A stretch of 64,000 bases of DNA. Origin: Mustelus asterias (Eukaryota). A program made the translations under genes and the position numbers. Positions 37,438-49,715 of the stretch are shown here, piece after piece. Position 1 is the stretch's first letter. The number at the start of each line of letters is the position of its first letter. The stretch spans positions 1,240,001-1,304,000 of the forward strand of contig NW_027590123.1 in the NCBI RefSeq assembly GCF_964213995.1. The letters run 5' to 3'. The notes under the pieces are model-generated. The model saw only the letters and a program-made list of their open reading frames with translations. It searched no databases and was not told where the DNA came from.

Positions 37438-37650
37438 GTGGAGATGCCGGCGTTGGACTGGGGTAAACACAGTAAGAAGTTTAACAACACCAGGTTAAAG
37501 TCCAACAGGTTTATTTGGAAGCAAAAGCCACACAAGCTTTCGGAGCTCCAAGCCCCTTCTTCAGGTGAGTGGGAATTCTGTTCACAAACAGAGCTTATAA
37601 AGTCACAAACTCAATTTATTGGACTTTAACCTGGTGTTGTTAAACTTCTT
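37438..37650 (-). mobile_element. Penelope-like short element with inverted terminal copy and 12-bp TSD
   Basis: acaaggaatgat at 37426 and 37651; ~33-bp inverted repeat at 37472-37505 / 37619-37651. Confidence 0.8.
37531..37567 (-). ncRNA. Minimal hammerhead ribozyme (Penelope type)
   Basis: rc cac-CTGAAGA-a-ggggct/tgg/agctcc-GAAA-gctt-gtg: core boxes, stem II, CAC/GTG stem I, palindromic AAGCTT. Confidence 0.65.
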
Positions 37651-38349
37651 ACAAGGAATGATAGACAGGGCAAAATTGAGCAGGTGATAGTGGAGCCCGG
37701 GTGGTTCAGTGTTTGAGAGTCAATGGTTTCAGCGCCAGAGCCCGGGACTGATGACAAACGGTTAACTGAACAACACATTTTGAAGGTGGAAATTGCTCAG
37801 TCCCAGGAAGTGAAATAACGTGAATACAAGCGGAAATAACGCATTTTGATGCAATTGTTTATAAGATGTTAAAATGTCAGTGTAAAATGACAAAGCTTTC
37901 ATGAATGTTATTTAACTTGAAGTACAGTGGTAATGATCATCTAATTTCCAATGTCTCACATCAGCTTCCTTGGGGGTATAGTGGCATGGCTTCAGTGACA
38001 TGTAGCAGATTTGATTCTCAGCCATGGAGTGAATAACTTTTTGTTGATTTCTTCATTAAATGAAAACAGGCCTCACAGTGTCTGTGAAGGGTGTAACACG
38101 GTTAATCTTTTAGCTGGATGAACTTGTCCCAGAGCTGGAAATTTCAGAGTTGAGCTCTAAAGAAGGATACCATGGCATTCATTCTTCAGTTAAAGTAACG
38201 GACACACTCTGCCGCTATCAAGTTGCATCGTTTAACTCTGCTCCCCATCTCACATTTCCACATCTATCAAACATCACCCACCTGAAAATCCAGCCTGTTC
38301 CTCACTTCACTGATAATGAGGCACTCACTCTGCGCTCTTAATGGCAATT

Positions 38350-38416
38350 GGTTCCATAGCTCAGTGATTAGATGGTTGGTTTTGTAAGCCTGGGCTCGTG
38401 AGTTCTCGCTGGAACT
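38350..38416 (+). pseudogene. tRNA-Thr(TGT) pseudogene
   Basis: GGTTCCATAGCTCAGTGATTAGA..TTGTAAGCC..GTGAGTTCTCGCTGG; T-loop deleted. Confidence 0.7.
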
Positions 38417-39624
38417 TCAGCTTAAAACACATATGATCTGTAGGGACAAGGCAGCGAGACTGGCCATATGGCAAGTTTTAATGCACAGATAAGGGCGGGT
38501 TCAATTTTGGACAGTGAATAGGCATTCACCTTTTCGTAAAAATAGAAAGAGCAGAACATTTTTGAAAAGGTGGGAACGTTGGTGCTGATATTCAAAGAAT
38601 CCGAGGAGTATTTGTAGATGGAATGCATAAAGCTAGCGTTGAGTTGCAGCAAACATTTAGGAAGGGGAATTACATTTTTGCCTTTGTTGCCAGTAGACTG
38701 GAGAACAAGAATAACGAATTGTTGCTGCAGTTGTACAAGGTTTTGCGGGGAACACATATGGAACATTCTGCGCAGTTTTAGTATCCAATAATTACAAACT
38801 ATGAGACAAAATGGATGAACAGCAACTGACATAAGTTGAATGTATGATTGCATATGTAGAACTGGAACCCAGCATCACACCAAGTGAATCCGCTGTCTGC
38901 TTAAATGTTGCTCAGTGAAAGTTTCAACAATCCTCCACTGTGTAACATACGGGCCCTGAGTCAATAAGCAATATCCACTCGAAAGTAAAAGAGAACGTGC
39001 TAATCTGTCTCCCAACTTTCAAACATCTTGTGATTTTCTGTACCATTTACCATGAGGATTCATCAAATAAGCGAATGCAGATGGTAACAATGTGTTCACC
39101 CTTTCGGGAAACTGAATCATATTGATGGACAAAGAGGGACACACGCTGACACCGACAGTGACAAAGGCCCGAGGAATTGCAAACACCCATAAATCAAGGT
39201 TGTCACCAAATTGGATTCAGTTTTCATCCATTTCCGGCTGGAGATTTGGTAAATTCTCGTTGATGAACAGAAATGAAGGAATGCGGATTTGAAGCATGAA
39301 AAATGGGCCTGAATATTTGGAAGGTTTTGATTTTATTGAACGAATTCTGGAGTACTGAAGAGAATGGAAGCTGAGCATCCCAGTGGGTGCTGTTCAAATC
39401 TTCCGCGGAAAACAACAATGGATATCAGATCCATTACCAAAACCACTTGGACAGCACGTCAACGAGTTAATGAGTTAGTGTCACTCATACGAAATCACAG
39501 GATAGTTACAGCAACAAAGTGGAACATTCGGCCTGACGAGTTCACCCTGAAATCAGCACGCACCATCGGTTTTTGTTCTTACCACAATGCCAATCACTGA
39601 ACAGCCAAAGGAGAAGAAACTTGG

Positions 39625-39706
39625 GGCAGTGGTGGGATGTGAAGACACGGTTGCTTTAGAAACTACAGCTTAACGCTAGTGCACTCAACGTTTCAGCCAC
39701 GCTACC
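39625..39706 (-). pseudogene. tRNA-Leu pseudogene
   Basis: rc GGTAGCGTGGCTGA...ATCCCACCACTGCC, 82 nt. Confidence 0.65.
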
Positions 39707-39951
39707 ACTAGAACACATAATGGGTTAGGAATAGAACTTCTAACCCATCGACTCTCTCATAATATCTCCGAAACACAGACAAGGACTTATTTCCCGTCTG
39801 TTTTATATCAGACCTTTCCAGCTCTGATGAAGCATCATCCAGCTGGAAGATTCACTCTGTTTCCCACTCCGTGGATGCTGCCAGATCGAGTTTAACTGAA
39901 TGAGGAATTCACTTTAAATTTGTCAGTTCACACAGCAACGCAAAATAGTTA

Positions 39952-40023
39952 CTCTCTGGCCAGAGCTTGAACCCAAGCCACAGTGATGAAAGTTCCGAAT
40001 CCTAACCAATGGATCAACAGGGA
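39952..40023 (-). pseudogene. tRNA-Glu(TTC) pseudogene
   Basis: rc TCCCTG..TGGTTAGGATTCGG..TTTCA..GGGTTCAAG. Confidence 0.65.
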
Positions 40024-41069
40024 AGCAGACAATGACTTCGCCAATCAACTTACCATCATTACTTTAGCGATTGCCTTTCTTCTGGTCCGTCACACACAGA
40101 CAGATTTCTCATTAAAAATGTTCTGTTTAGTTCCCTATTTGTGACCTACCATCAAGCCCATGCCATGGTCCTGAAAACATTGAGTCTGAAACACTAAACC
40201 ACCCGGGATCTGCCATCGGCAGCTCAAAGTTGCTTTCTTTGCCATTCCTTGTGTGAGTTCATCATGCCTTGCACTCAATCACAGACCTTCCCCTTTCGTT
40301 CTTTAAAATGAATTGGTCGCTTTGCGCCGCAGGACATCTGTCGTGTCGTGGGCACCAACAGAGGGTTCAAAACTGAGCAGAAACATTATCAAAACACGTC
40401 CACTATAGTGTGGCAGGCTATGACATCAAGGAACGATTCAATAGCCCGAATGTGCTTTCTCTGGGGAATGGGGGCTGACATGATCTGATTGTGGCCTGTC
40501 AGATGGGTGACAGGATAAATAAGAAAAAAATATTTTCACTCATGAATGGAGGAGGATCAACATCAGAAATTGTTTTTTTTGTTCTCGACCTCCACAGGCA
40601 TTACCAGATCTTCTGAGCATTTGCAGTGTTTTCTGTTATTGTTATTTCAGATATTCAAGATCTGCAGTATTTCATTTATTTACCTGGAGAATGTTGTGTA
40701 TATGAAACCCATCACGACAGGGATTGAGATCAGCAGGAAATTCAGTGACAAAAACAAACTCTGTGAAAATAATGCTCACCAGCTGAAAGTGGAAAATGCT
40801 TCACTCAGTCATCCTGTTTACATACACAACAGCTCAGTTCCCCAGTGCAACAGGATTCATGTAGTTTCCCCACCTGTTAAAACTCCTGTTTTAAAAGTTC
40901 AGATGTCATGATTTGCAGTCAATACATTCTTATTGTCAAGACAGGGTTTCAATATACCGTCTCAGGAGAAAGCACTTGGGCATGAAAACTGACCGACTGC
41001 AAAACTCTCCCCTGTAAAGCTCTACCCTCCTGCAAATATCCACCCACTGCAAATCTCTCCTATTCCCAG

Positions 41070-42140
41070 ATTGAACGTCACTGCCCCAATTTATCAGCCC
41101 CTATCCCGGACTGAACAATAATGTCACACTTCGCAGATTACACGGTGATATTCATTGACAGTGTCCTTCCCTGTCTCACACTGAATCACACGGTAACTCA
41201 TCACCAGGCCTTGCACTAGTCCAAGTTTCACCAGCGGAACTCCACTTACCCTGCCCCAAAATACACCACACTGTAAACCTTCACCAGTCAATGCCAAACT
41301 GTCCCAATTCATTGGTTAATGCTCTAGAATCAATCACATTACTCCAACTGTCTGTTCCATTTCACAATGTGAAATACCCCATGGGAAGCTGGCCTGGTTT
41401 TATAAACATTGTCCCGTCTCATCAGTCCCTTTCCCAATCTGATCCATAATGTTTCACCTGATATGTCGCTGTCCCCGATTTAACCAGCCTGTCTCACAAT
41501 ACGACACATTTTTCTAGACAGAACCACACTGTCCCATCTCACCAATCCCATCCTGACACCGAAACCTACTATCCAACCTCACATATTTCTGTCAATTATA
41601 GACCCACATTTTGCCACCTCGTCGCTCCCCGAACTAGATTATAACACACAGCCCCTTGAATTGCCTCGGCCCTTGACTCAATTAGACTTGCTCACATCAT
41701 CGGTCCCTCGCCCTGAATGCACCACACTGAATCACCTTAGTAGCCCCTGTTCCGAGATAAAGTAAGCATTCCAATTTCAACAGTCCTGTCCCAGGCCAAT
41801 AAATACTGACCCAAACCAAATGTCCCTTCCCCAGGCAAAATTGCAACACCGCATCTAACACTTCTTTATCCCATGGTTAACCACAGGGCCCCATTCCAAA
41901 GTTCTCTGTCTGAAACCTAGTTGCAGTAACCCACCAAACCACCCTCTATACAGGACTGACCCACAATGAGCCCTAATTAGACCTTTCCTCCGAGTATAAC
42001 TGACTGTCACACTTCACTCTGCTCAATCCATCAAAGCCCAAAGTTGCATTTAGCAGCTTGAGCCACAATTATTCCAGTGTTTCCTTCAGTTCTTGACTGA
42101 AACCTAGTTCTGCAGATCACCAGCCGCTGTCCCTGAATGA
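41070..42140. repeat. Old ~40-bp minisatellite
   Basis: Recurrent cacactgtccca.t.tcaccagtccct.tccc motif at ~40-bp spacing. Confidence 0.6.
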
Positions 42141-44979
42141 AAAATGCTGTGGTATCTCAATGATGTCCGCTCCAATCTGAACAGCCACAATTCAGCATTT
42201 CCTTCCTTAGGATGAACATCATCAAGGTCACCCGAAACAAAATATTACAAACGCTGCCGAATTCACCCATGCTTTCAGAAGGCTCATCCACAGTTAAGCG
42301 TGGGATGAAGCTGTGAATGCAGAATGAGTGAAATGGTTTTTGCGGACAGAAGGATGAATGAAGTAAATGCATGTGGTGGAGAACGTGTCTGGATATCGGG
42401 ACGGAGAATTGGTCACTGCAGAGATAGAATAGAACCAGAGGCCAGAAAGGGAGAAAGAGGCTGTGATGAAGATGTGGACGTGTTGGTCAATGTCGTAATG
42501 TCCGTCCCCAAAGAATATTATCCACAATTTGGAATATTTTTTGACAGCTGAACCTTCACAACCAACGCACTGCATACTGTAGGTATAATGTTTGGATGAG
42601 AACATTGAAAGTGCAATATAAATATTTTCTTCACAAATTGATTAAGACTTCAAACAGTGATCATATGATAAATAAATCTCAGATGGCGCAGGAAGTTTTC
42701 AATAATTGTGTTAACACTTATGGAGCAGTGTTATTCTTCAATCTCCGCCCTGCTTGTGAGAACTGAACAGATCAAAAATTTATAGAGGGATTATATGACA
42801 GGAATTATCTAAAGAATTCAATGTTCATAATCCTAAATTTCCACCTATCTGGGGGAGTTGGCTAGTCTATAAGACCATAAGATATACGAACAGAATTAGG
42901 CCACTCGGCCCATCGAGTCTGCTCCGCCATTCAATCATGACTGATTTTTTTCTCATCTGCATTCTCCTGCCTTTTGCCCATAACCCCTGATCCCCTTATT
43001 AATCAAAAATCTATCTATCTCTGTCTTAAAGATACTCAATCACCTGGCCTCCACAGCCTTCTGTGGCAAAGAGTTCCACAGATTCGCCACTCTCTGGCTG
43101 CAGAAATTCCTCCTCATCTCTGTTTTAAAGGATCGTCCTTTTAGCCTGAGGCTGTCCCCACTGTGGGCCACAGGGATCTGGAGAACTGTCACTGAACAAA
43201 ATAATTATTCAGTCATTGTTCCAACTATCCGCCCATTCCAGCCACTAGTCTTTGCAGTTCTGAAGCTCTGTGTTGGTTCTCCTCATATTTTACAGTGCTT
43301 CCTTGACTGGTGTTACTTATAAGCATTGATTCGTTTTTATTTATACGAGATAGATTGATTGAATTGATAAAATGACATGATGTTATTGTGGAATTTTAAA
43401 CCTAGGGACATAGCGTATTAGGAGAAATGATAGGTTACTCGGCCCTTCGAGCCTGCTCCACCATTCAATAAGGCCGCAGCTGATTTCATAATATCTTGGA
43501 TGCCACATCCCTCCCTACCTTACATAACCTTTCACTACTTTTTAATCAATGAACTATGGAGCACAGCATTAAAAAAAAAACTAAGACTCTGTTTCCAATG
43601 CCTTCTGTGGAAGAGTTACAAAGACTCAAGAATTTCTGAGAAAAATAATAATTTCTCATTTCTGTCTTACATGCACGAGTCCTCATTATGTAACTGCAAT
43701 CTTTAGTTCTACTTGCTCCAACAAACGGAAACATTGGCTGCACATCACTATTAAGAACTCTCAGAATCTTAAAAGTTTCAATCAAGTTGCCTCTTCCTCT
43801 TTTAAACTCCGGTGGATGCAAGCCTAAACTGTGCAATATTTTGTTGTAACGCAACCCATCCATTCCTGGCATTAACCCAGGTTTCATCACTGTTCAGCAA
43901 AACTGACGTAGCGTTAGGAATGTATTCAGATTCTGATAACAGTTAAACAAGCTGCTGATGTTTGTTTACTCGGAAGACAAGCAGGCTTGACTGATATTTA
44001 GCATTGATGCCTCATTGAGCCAGGGACCCGGTTTCGATTCCAGGCTTGGGTCACTGTCTGTGCAGAGTCTGCAGGTTCACCCCATGTCAGGGTTGTTTTC
44101 CTCTGGATGCTCTGGTTTCCTCCCACAGTCCGAAAGACGTGCTGGTTAGGTGCATTGGCCATGCTAAACTCTCCCACACTGTTCCCGAACAGGCGTCACA
44201 ATGTGGTGTCTCTGGGATTTTCACAGTAACTTCGTTGCAGTGTTAATGTAAGCCGACTTGTGACTAATCAATAAACGTTAAATAATAAACGGGTCGACAG
44301 TGGAGAGTCAAATGATACCCACTTAAATCTGCTGTCGAAAATACCTCTGGATCGATAGAATTGCTTCCACACTCACTGAAAGGAGAAATGTATGGTTTAG
44401 AAGATTTGATGCTGAGTCTGGTATACATGGCACTTTCCCACTGATCACCAATAATGCAAAGAATATCGGGATGTGTTTGCAAAGCAGGTTGGAGAGGTGA
44501 CTTAGTTTACTTTCGAAGAAATCTCCTGAAAACAATGATGAATGTGAGGTTCAGTGCCTTGATTTCGAGGGTTTATGTCTCGAGTTTGCTGAATAGCAGC
44601 AGTGTAATATTTGCAATCATCCTGCTTCTGGCATGTCTCATGTATCAACTGATAGATCAACATTATTTCCACAATCTCTAGTAAACTCACACTTATACAC
44701 GGATTGAAATTTTGAAATTGTAGACTGACATTTATCAACAGGGATATTAGTTCTGATTTTATTTCACTTCAGATCAGTAACTGTGCGATTCAATATTCTT
44801 CATTTTAAAAAATTGTTTGGATTCATATGGCATTGGCGCAATCGTCCAACATGAGTGCAAAGCATTTTCAATAAACATGCATTTCGCAAGAAATGCTGAA
44901 TTATCTCGTGTATTCAGCGATTGTTATTAATGTCGGTCAGCACATAGTTTAATTGTTTCGCTGGGGACATTCCTCACTC

Positions 44980-44987
44980 TATAAATA
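44980..44987 (+). promoter_or_regulatory. Candidate TATA box of the GPCR gene
   Basis: TATAAATA ~95 bp upstream of the exon-1 ATG. Confidence 0.45.
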
Positions 44988-45076
44988 GGGAATGATTTCA
45001 TTGTGTGTCGTAATATTTCAGTGAGCGCAGTTACCAGTAGAAAGAGCGATCATTGAATCTCAAAGGCACTCTCACC

Positions 45077-45173
45077 ATGTTATGGATTATTCCACTTGAT
45101 CTTCGTATTCAATGGGTACTTTACGATATCCAAAAAAATTACTATCCGCTCCTCGCTGTAGTTGGTGTCACTG
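45077..45173 (+). CDS. GPR139/GPR142-like GPCR exon 1
   Basis: accATG; MLWIIPLDLRIQWVLYDIQKNYYPLLAVVGVT+g|gtgagt, phase 1; YYP..A.VGV start of TM1 typical of this family. Confidence 0.85.
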
Positions 45174-46497
45174 GTGAGTTATATTTCACTGATGTATCAC
45201 CCGGTCCATGAGATGCAGTTACGGACAGCATTCTGTGTAACCTGAATAGCCTGTATCTGCTAATGCACTGGGAACATTTCATATAATATTTGATCTCTCG
45301 CAGGCTCAATGGTCGCAGCTCCACAAATAGTTTGAAGCAGCCAACATGCATGGCTACAGTTATTTTGCTTTAGGTTTGAATAAATGTGGAGATAATCATT
45401 GAAAATATATTCAACCTTCAGTTCCCTTTCATGGGAAGACGCAGATTGCTTTCCAGACTGAATCACAGTAGGAACCAGGAAAATGTATGGTAAGAAGCTT
45501 TTGAACCTTGCTGTATGTTGTTAATGTTGCTGATCTGTGAAAAGTAGCGCTGGCAGATATACCGCAAATAAACTCAGATATATGCAGCAATTTCCAATGC
45601 AATTCACATTTTCCTGCTCTGCTTCCTCATTATGGAATCTATACAGCAGGATAGAACTGGAACTAAAACACTGTTCCAGTGAAATTATTATTTCATTTCC
45701 CGATTATTGCTGAAAGAGACGTTTTACCTTTTTTTTCGACTTACGCATTGTAAGAGACCTTGAAAGAAATGACCAACTCTAACACGAGAACAATATTTCA
45801 GGTTATTTGAGAAGATAGAGTTGATTGGTTGGCAAGTAGATTCTGATGGGCGGAAATTTAAACTGATGAAAGTTTTTGCAGGAGCTGAGCCTGGAATGAT
45901 CCTCTGGCAACACCATCTATTCGGGCCTCATTTGTGTCCCTACCTCACACAAATGAGTTGCTATATTCTTAATTTCAATGAATGACGATTCATTCGACCA
46001 CCATGTCAGTCAATGTTTTTGACACCTTGAGTGGTACATTTGTGAACAAGCTGACAATATTGATCGATGCATGAACACAGAATTGCTATCGATATGCAGG
46101 TGCTGTGAGATGTTGGAAATGTTGATGGATCCTTCAGTGTGTTTGTGGGAAACTTGCTCAGATCTGTTTGTAGTTCCTCGCAAAACCATTTGGTCAATTC
46201 GTGTTGTGCTCTATCAGTCATAATAAAGATGGTCTGGAACAGCACACTACTTCTGCGAGTGTTCACCAGTCCATACATCCAAAGACTCAATGAGGTGAGG
46301 ACAAATCATGTCCCACAAACGAACAGACATTTTGTTCCTTGTTCCTTTTATAACTTGATTTCGAGCAGGGCTCTCCGTTTATGCAAAGTGGCAGTTCAAT
46401 GGATATTTGGATCCATCTTCGTGCATGCAGTCAGTTTTCTTGATATTGTCACCATTGTTCGGGATGATTATTTCAGTTGCTTTGCCGGGATTAAAGA

Positions 46498-49400
46498 TAT
46501 TGAAGTCTGGAGGAAGGCAAGAAATGATGTACCAAGAGATGTAGAGGAAAAGATTGCAAAGGTGATTCTGGATCGGAGCGAAAGTAACAGGTTGTTGTAC
46601 TGGGGGACTTTAACTTTACAAATATTGACTGGAAAAGCTATTGTTCGAGTACTTTAGAGGGGTCGGTTTTTGTCCAATGTGTGCAGGAAGGCTTCCTGAC
46701 GCAGTACATAGATAGACCAACAAGAGGCGAGGCCACATTGGATTTGGTACTGGGTAATGAACCAGGCCAGGTGTTAGATTTGGAGGTAAGTGCGCACTTT
46801 GGTGACAGTGAACACAATTCGATTACGTTTACCTTAGCAATGGAAAAGGATAGGTTACCTTAGCAATGGAAAAGGATAGGTATATACCAAAGGGCAAGAG
46901 TTAGAGCAGGGGGAAAGGAAATTATGATGCGATTAGGCGAGATTCAGCTGGCATAGGTTGGGGAAGGAAACTGCAGGGGATGGGCACAATTGTCATGTGG
47001 AACTTGTTCAAGGAACAGCTACTACACGTCCTTGATAAATATGTACCTGTCAGGCAGTGAGGAAGCAGACGTGTGAGGGAACCGTGGTTTACTAAGGAGG
47101 TTGAATCTCTTGTGAAGAGGAAGAAGGAGACTTATGTTCAGATGAGACGTGAAGGCTCAGTTAGGGCACTTGAGAGTTACAGGTTAGCCAGGAAGGACGT
47201 ACAGGAAGAGTTAAGAAGAGCCAGGAGGGGACATGAGAAGTCCTTGGCAGGTAGGATCAAGGAAAACCCTAAAGCTTTCTATAGGTATGTCAGGAGTAAA
47301 AGAATGACGAGGGTAAGATTAGGGCCAGTCAAGGACAGCAGTGGGAAGTTGTGCGCGGAGTCTGAAGAGATAGGAGAGGCACTAAATGAATATTTTTCGT
47401 CGGTGTTCACACTGGAGAGGGACAGTGTTGTCGAGGGGAGTACTGAGATGCAGGCTGTTGGACTGGATGGGATTGACGTTCATAAGGAGGAGGTGTTAGC
47501 AATTGTGGAAAGGGTAAAAATAGATAAGTCCCCTCGGCCGGGTGGGATTTATCCTAGAATTCTCTGGGATGCTAGAGAGGAGATTGCAGAGCCTTTGGCT
47601 TTGATCTTTGCATCGTCATTGTCTACAGGAACAGTTCCAGAAGACTGGAGGATAGCAAATGTTGTCCCCTTGCTCAAGAAGGGGAGCAGGGACAACCCTG
47701 GTAATTATAGACCGATGAGTCTTACTTCTGTTGTGGGGAAAGTATTGGAAAGGAATACAAGAGAAAGGATTTATAATTACCTGGAAAGGAATAATTTGAT
47801 TTTGGTTTTGTGAAGGGTAGGTCGTGCCTCACAAACCTTGTTGAGTTCTTTGAGAAGGTGACCAAAGAGGTGGATGAGGATAAAGCGGTTGATGTGGTGT
47901 ATATGGATTTCAGCAAAGCGTTTGATAAGGTTCCCCATGGTAAGCTTTTGCAGAAAATACGGACACATGGGATTGAGGGTGATTTAGTGGTTTGGATCAG
48001 GAATTGGCTAGCTGTAAGAAAACAGAGGGTGGTGATTGATGGGAAATTTTCATCCTGGAGTTCAGTTACTAGTGGTGTACCACAAGGATCTGTTTTGGGG
48101 CCACTGCTGTTTGTCATTTTTATTAATGACCTGGATGAGGGCGTTGAAGGATGGATTAGTAAATTTGCGGCTGACACTAAAGTCGGTGGAGTTGTAGACA
48201 GTGCGGAGGGAAGTGGCAGGGTACAGAGGGACATCGATAAGCTGCAGGGCTGGGCTGACAGGTGGCAAATGGAGTTTAATGCGGAAAAGTGTGAGGTGAT
48301 TCACTTTGGAAGGAGTAACAGGAATACAGAGTACTGGGATAATGGTGAGATACTTGGTAGTATGGATGAACAGAGAGATCTGGGTGTCCATGTGCATAGA
48401 TCCCTGAAAGTTGGCACCCAGGTTGATAGGGTTGTTAAGAAGGTGTATGGTGTGTTAGCTTTTATTGGTAGAGTGATTGAGTTTCGGAGCCAGGAGGTCA
48501 TGCTGCAACTGTACAAAACTTTGGTGCGGCCGCATTTGGAGTATTGCATACAGTTCTGATATCCATCTTATAGGAAAGATGGGGAAGTGTTGGAAAGGGT
48601 GCAGAGGAGAATTACCAGGATGTTGCCTGGTATGGTGGGAAAATCGTATGAAGAAAGGCTGAGGGGCTTGAGGTTATTTTCGTTAGAGAGAAGAAGGTTA
48701 AGAGGTGACTTAATAGAGGCATACAAGATGATCAGAGGGTTAGATAGAGTGGATAGTGAGAGCCTTTTTCCTCGGATGGTGTTAGCTAGCAAGAGAGGAC
48801 ATAGCCTTAAATTGAGGGGTGAGAGAAATAGGACAGATATTAGAGGTAGTTTCTTTACTCAGAGAGTAGTAAGGGCGTGGAATGCATTGCCTGCAGCAGT
48901 ACTGCACTCGTCAACATTAAGAGCATTCAAATGGTTATTGGATAAACAGATGGATAGAACATAGAACAGTACAGCACAGAACAGGCCCTTCGGCCCACGA
49001 TGTTGTGCCGAGCTTTATCTGAAACCAAGATCAAGCTATCCCACTCCCTATCATCCTGGTGTGCTCCATGTGCCTATTCAATAACCGCTTAAATGTTCCT
49101 AAAGTGTCTGACTCCACTATCACTGCAGGCAGTCCATTCCACACCCCAACCATTCTCTGCGTAAAACACCTACCTCTGATATCCTTCCTATATCTCCCAC
49201 CACGAACCCTATAGTTATGCCCCCTTGTAATAGCTCCATCCACCCGAGGAAATAGTCTTTGAACGTTCACTCTATCTATCCCCTTCATCATTTTATAAAC
49301 CTCTATTAAGTTTCCCCTCAGCCTCCTCCGCTCCAGAGAGAACAGCCCTAGCTCCCTCAACCTTTCCTCATAAGACCTACCCTCCAAACCAGGCAGCATC

Positions 49401-49715
49401 CTGGTCAATCTCCTCTGCACTCTTCCAGCGCTTCCACATCCTTCTTATAGTGAGGTGACCAGAACTGCACACAATATTCCAAATGTGGCCTCACCAAGGT
49501 CCTGTACAGTTGCAGCATAACCCCACGGCTCTTAAACTCCAACCCCCTGTTAATAAAAGCTAACACACTATAGGCATTCTTCACCACTCTATCCACTTGA
49601 GTGGCAAATGATATTGGAAGCGTGTAGATTAGATAGGCTTTAGATTGGTTCCACTGGTCGGCGCAACATCGAGGGCCGAAGAGCCTGTACTGCGCTCTAA
49701 TGTTCTATGTTCTAT
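46498..49715 (+). mobile_element. CR1 LINE (endonuclease remnant to 3' end) in the GPCR intron
   Basis: PTRGEATLDLVL; ORFs 47073, 47810, 48587; tail resumes at 49607 after a nested CR1. Confidence 0.95.
48956..49606 (-). mobile_element. Nested young CR1 3' fragment
   Basis: Near-identical to 33856-34495. Confidence 0.93.

Noticed and set aside
42460-42660. Faint death-domain-like peptide (VLVNVVMSVPKEYYPQFG..QYKYFLHK)
   Set aside because: Needs several frameshifts and lacks diagnostic residues; not supportable by eye.
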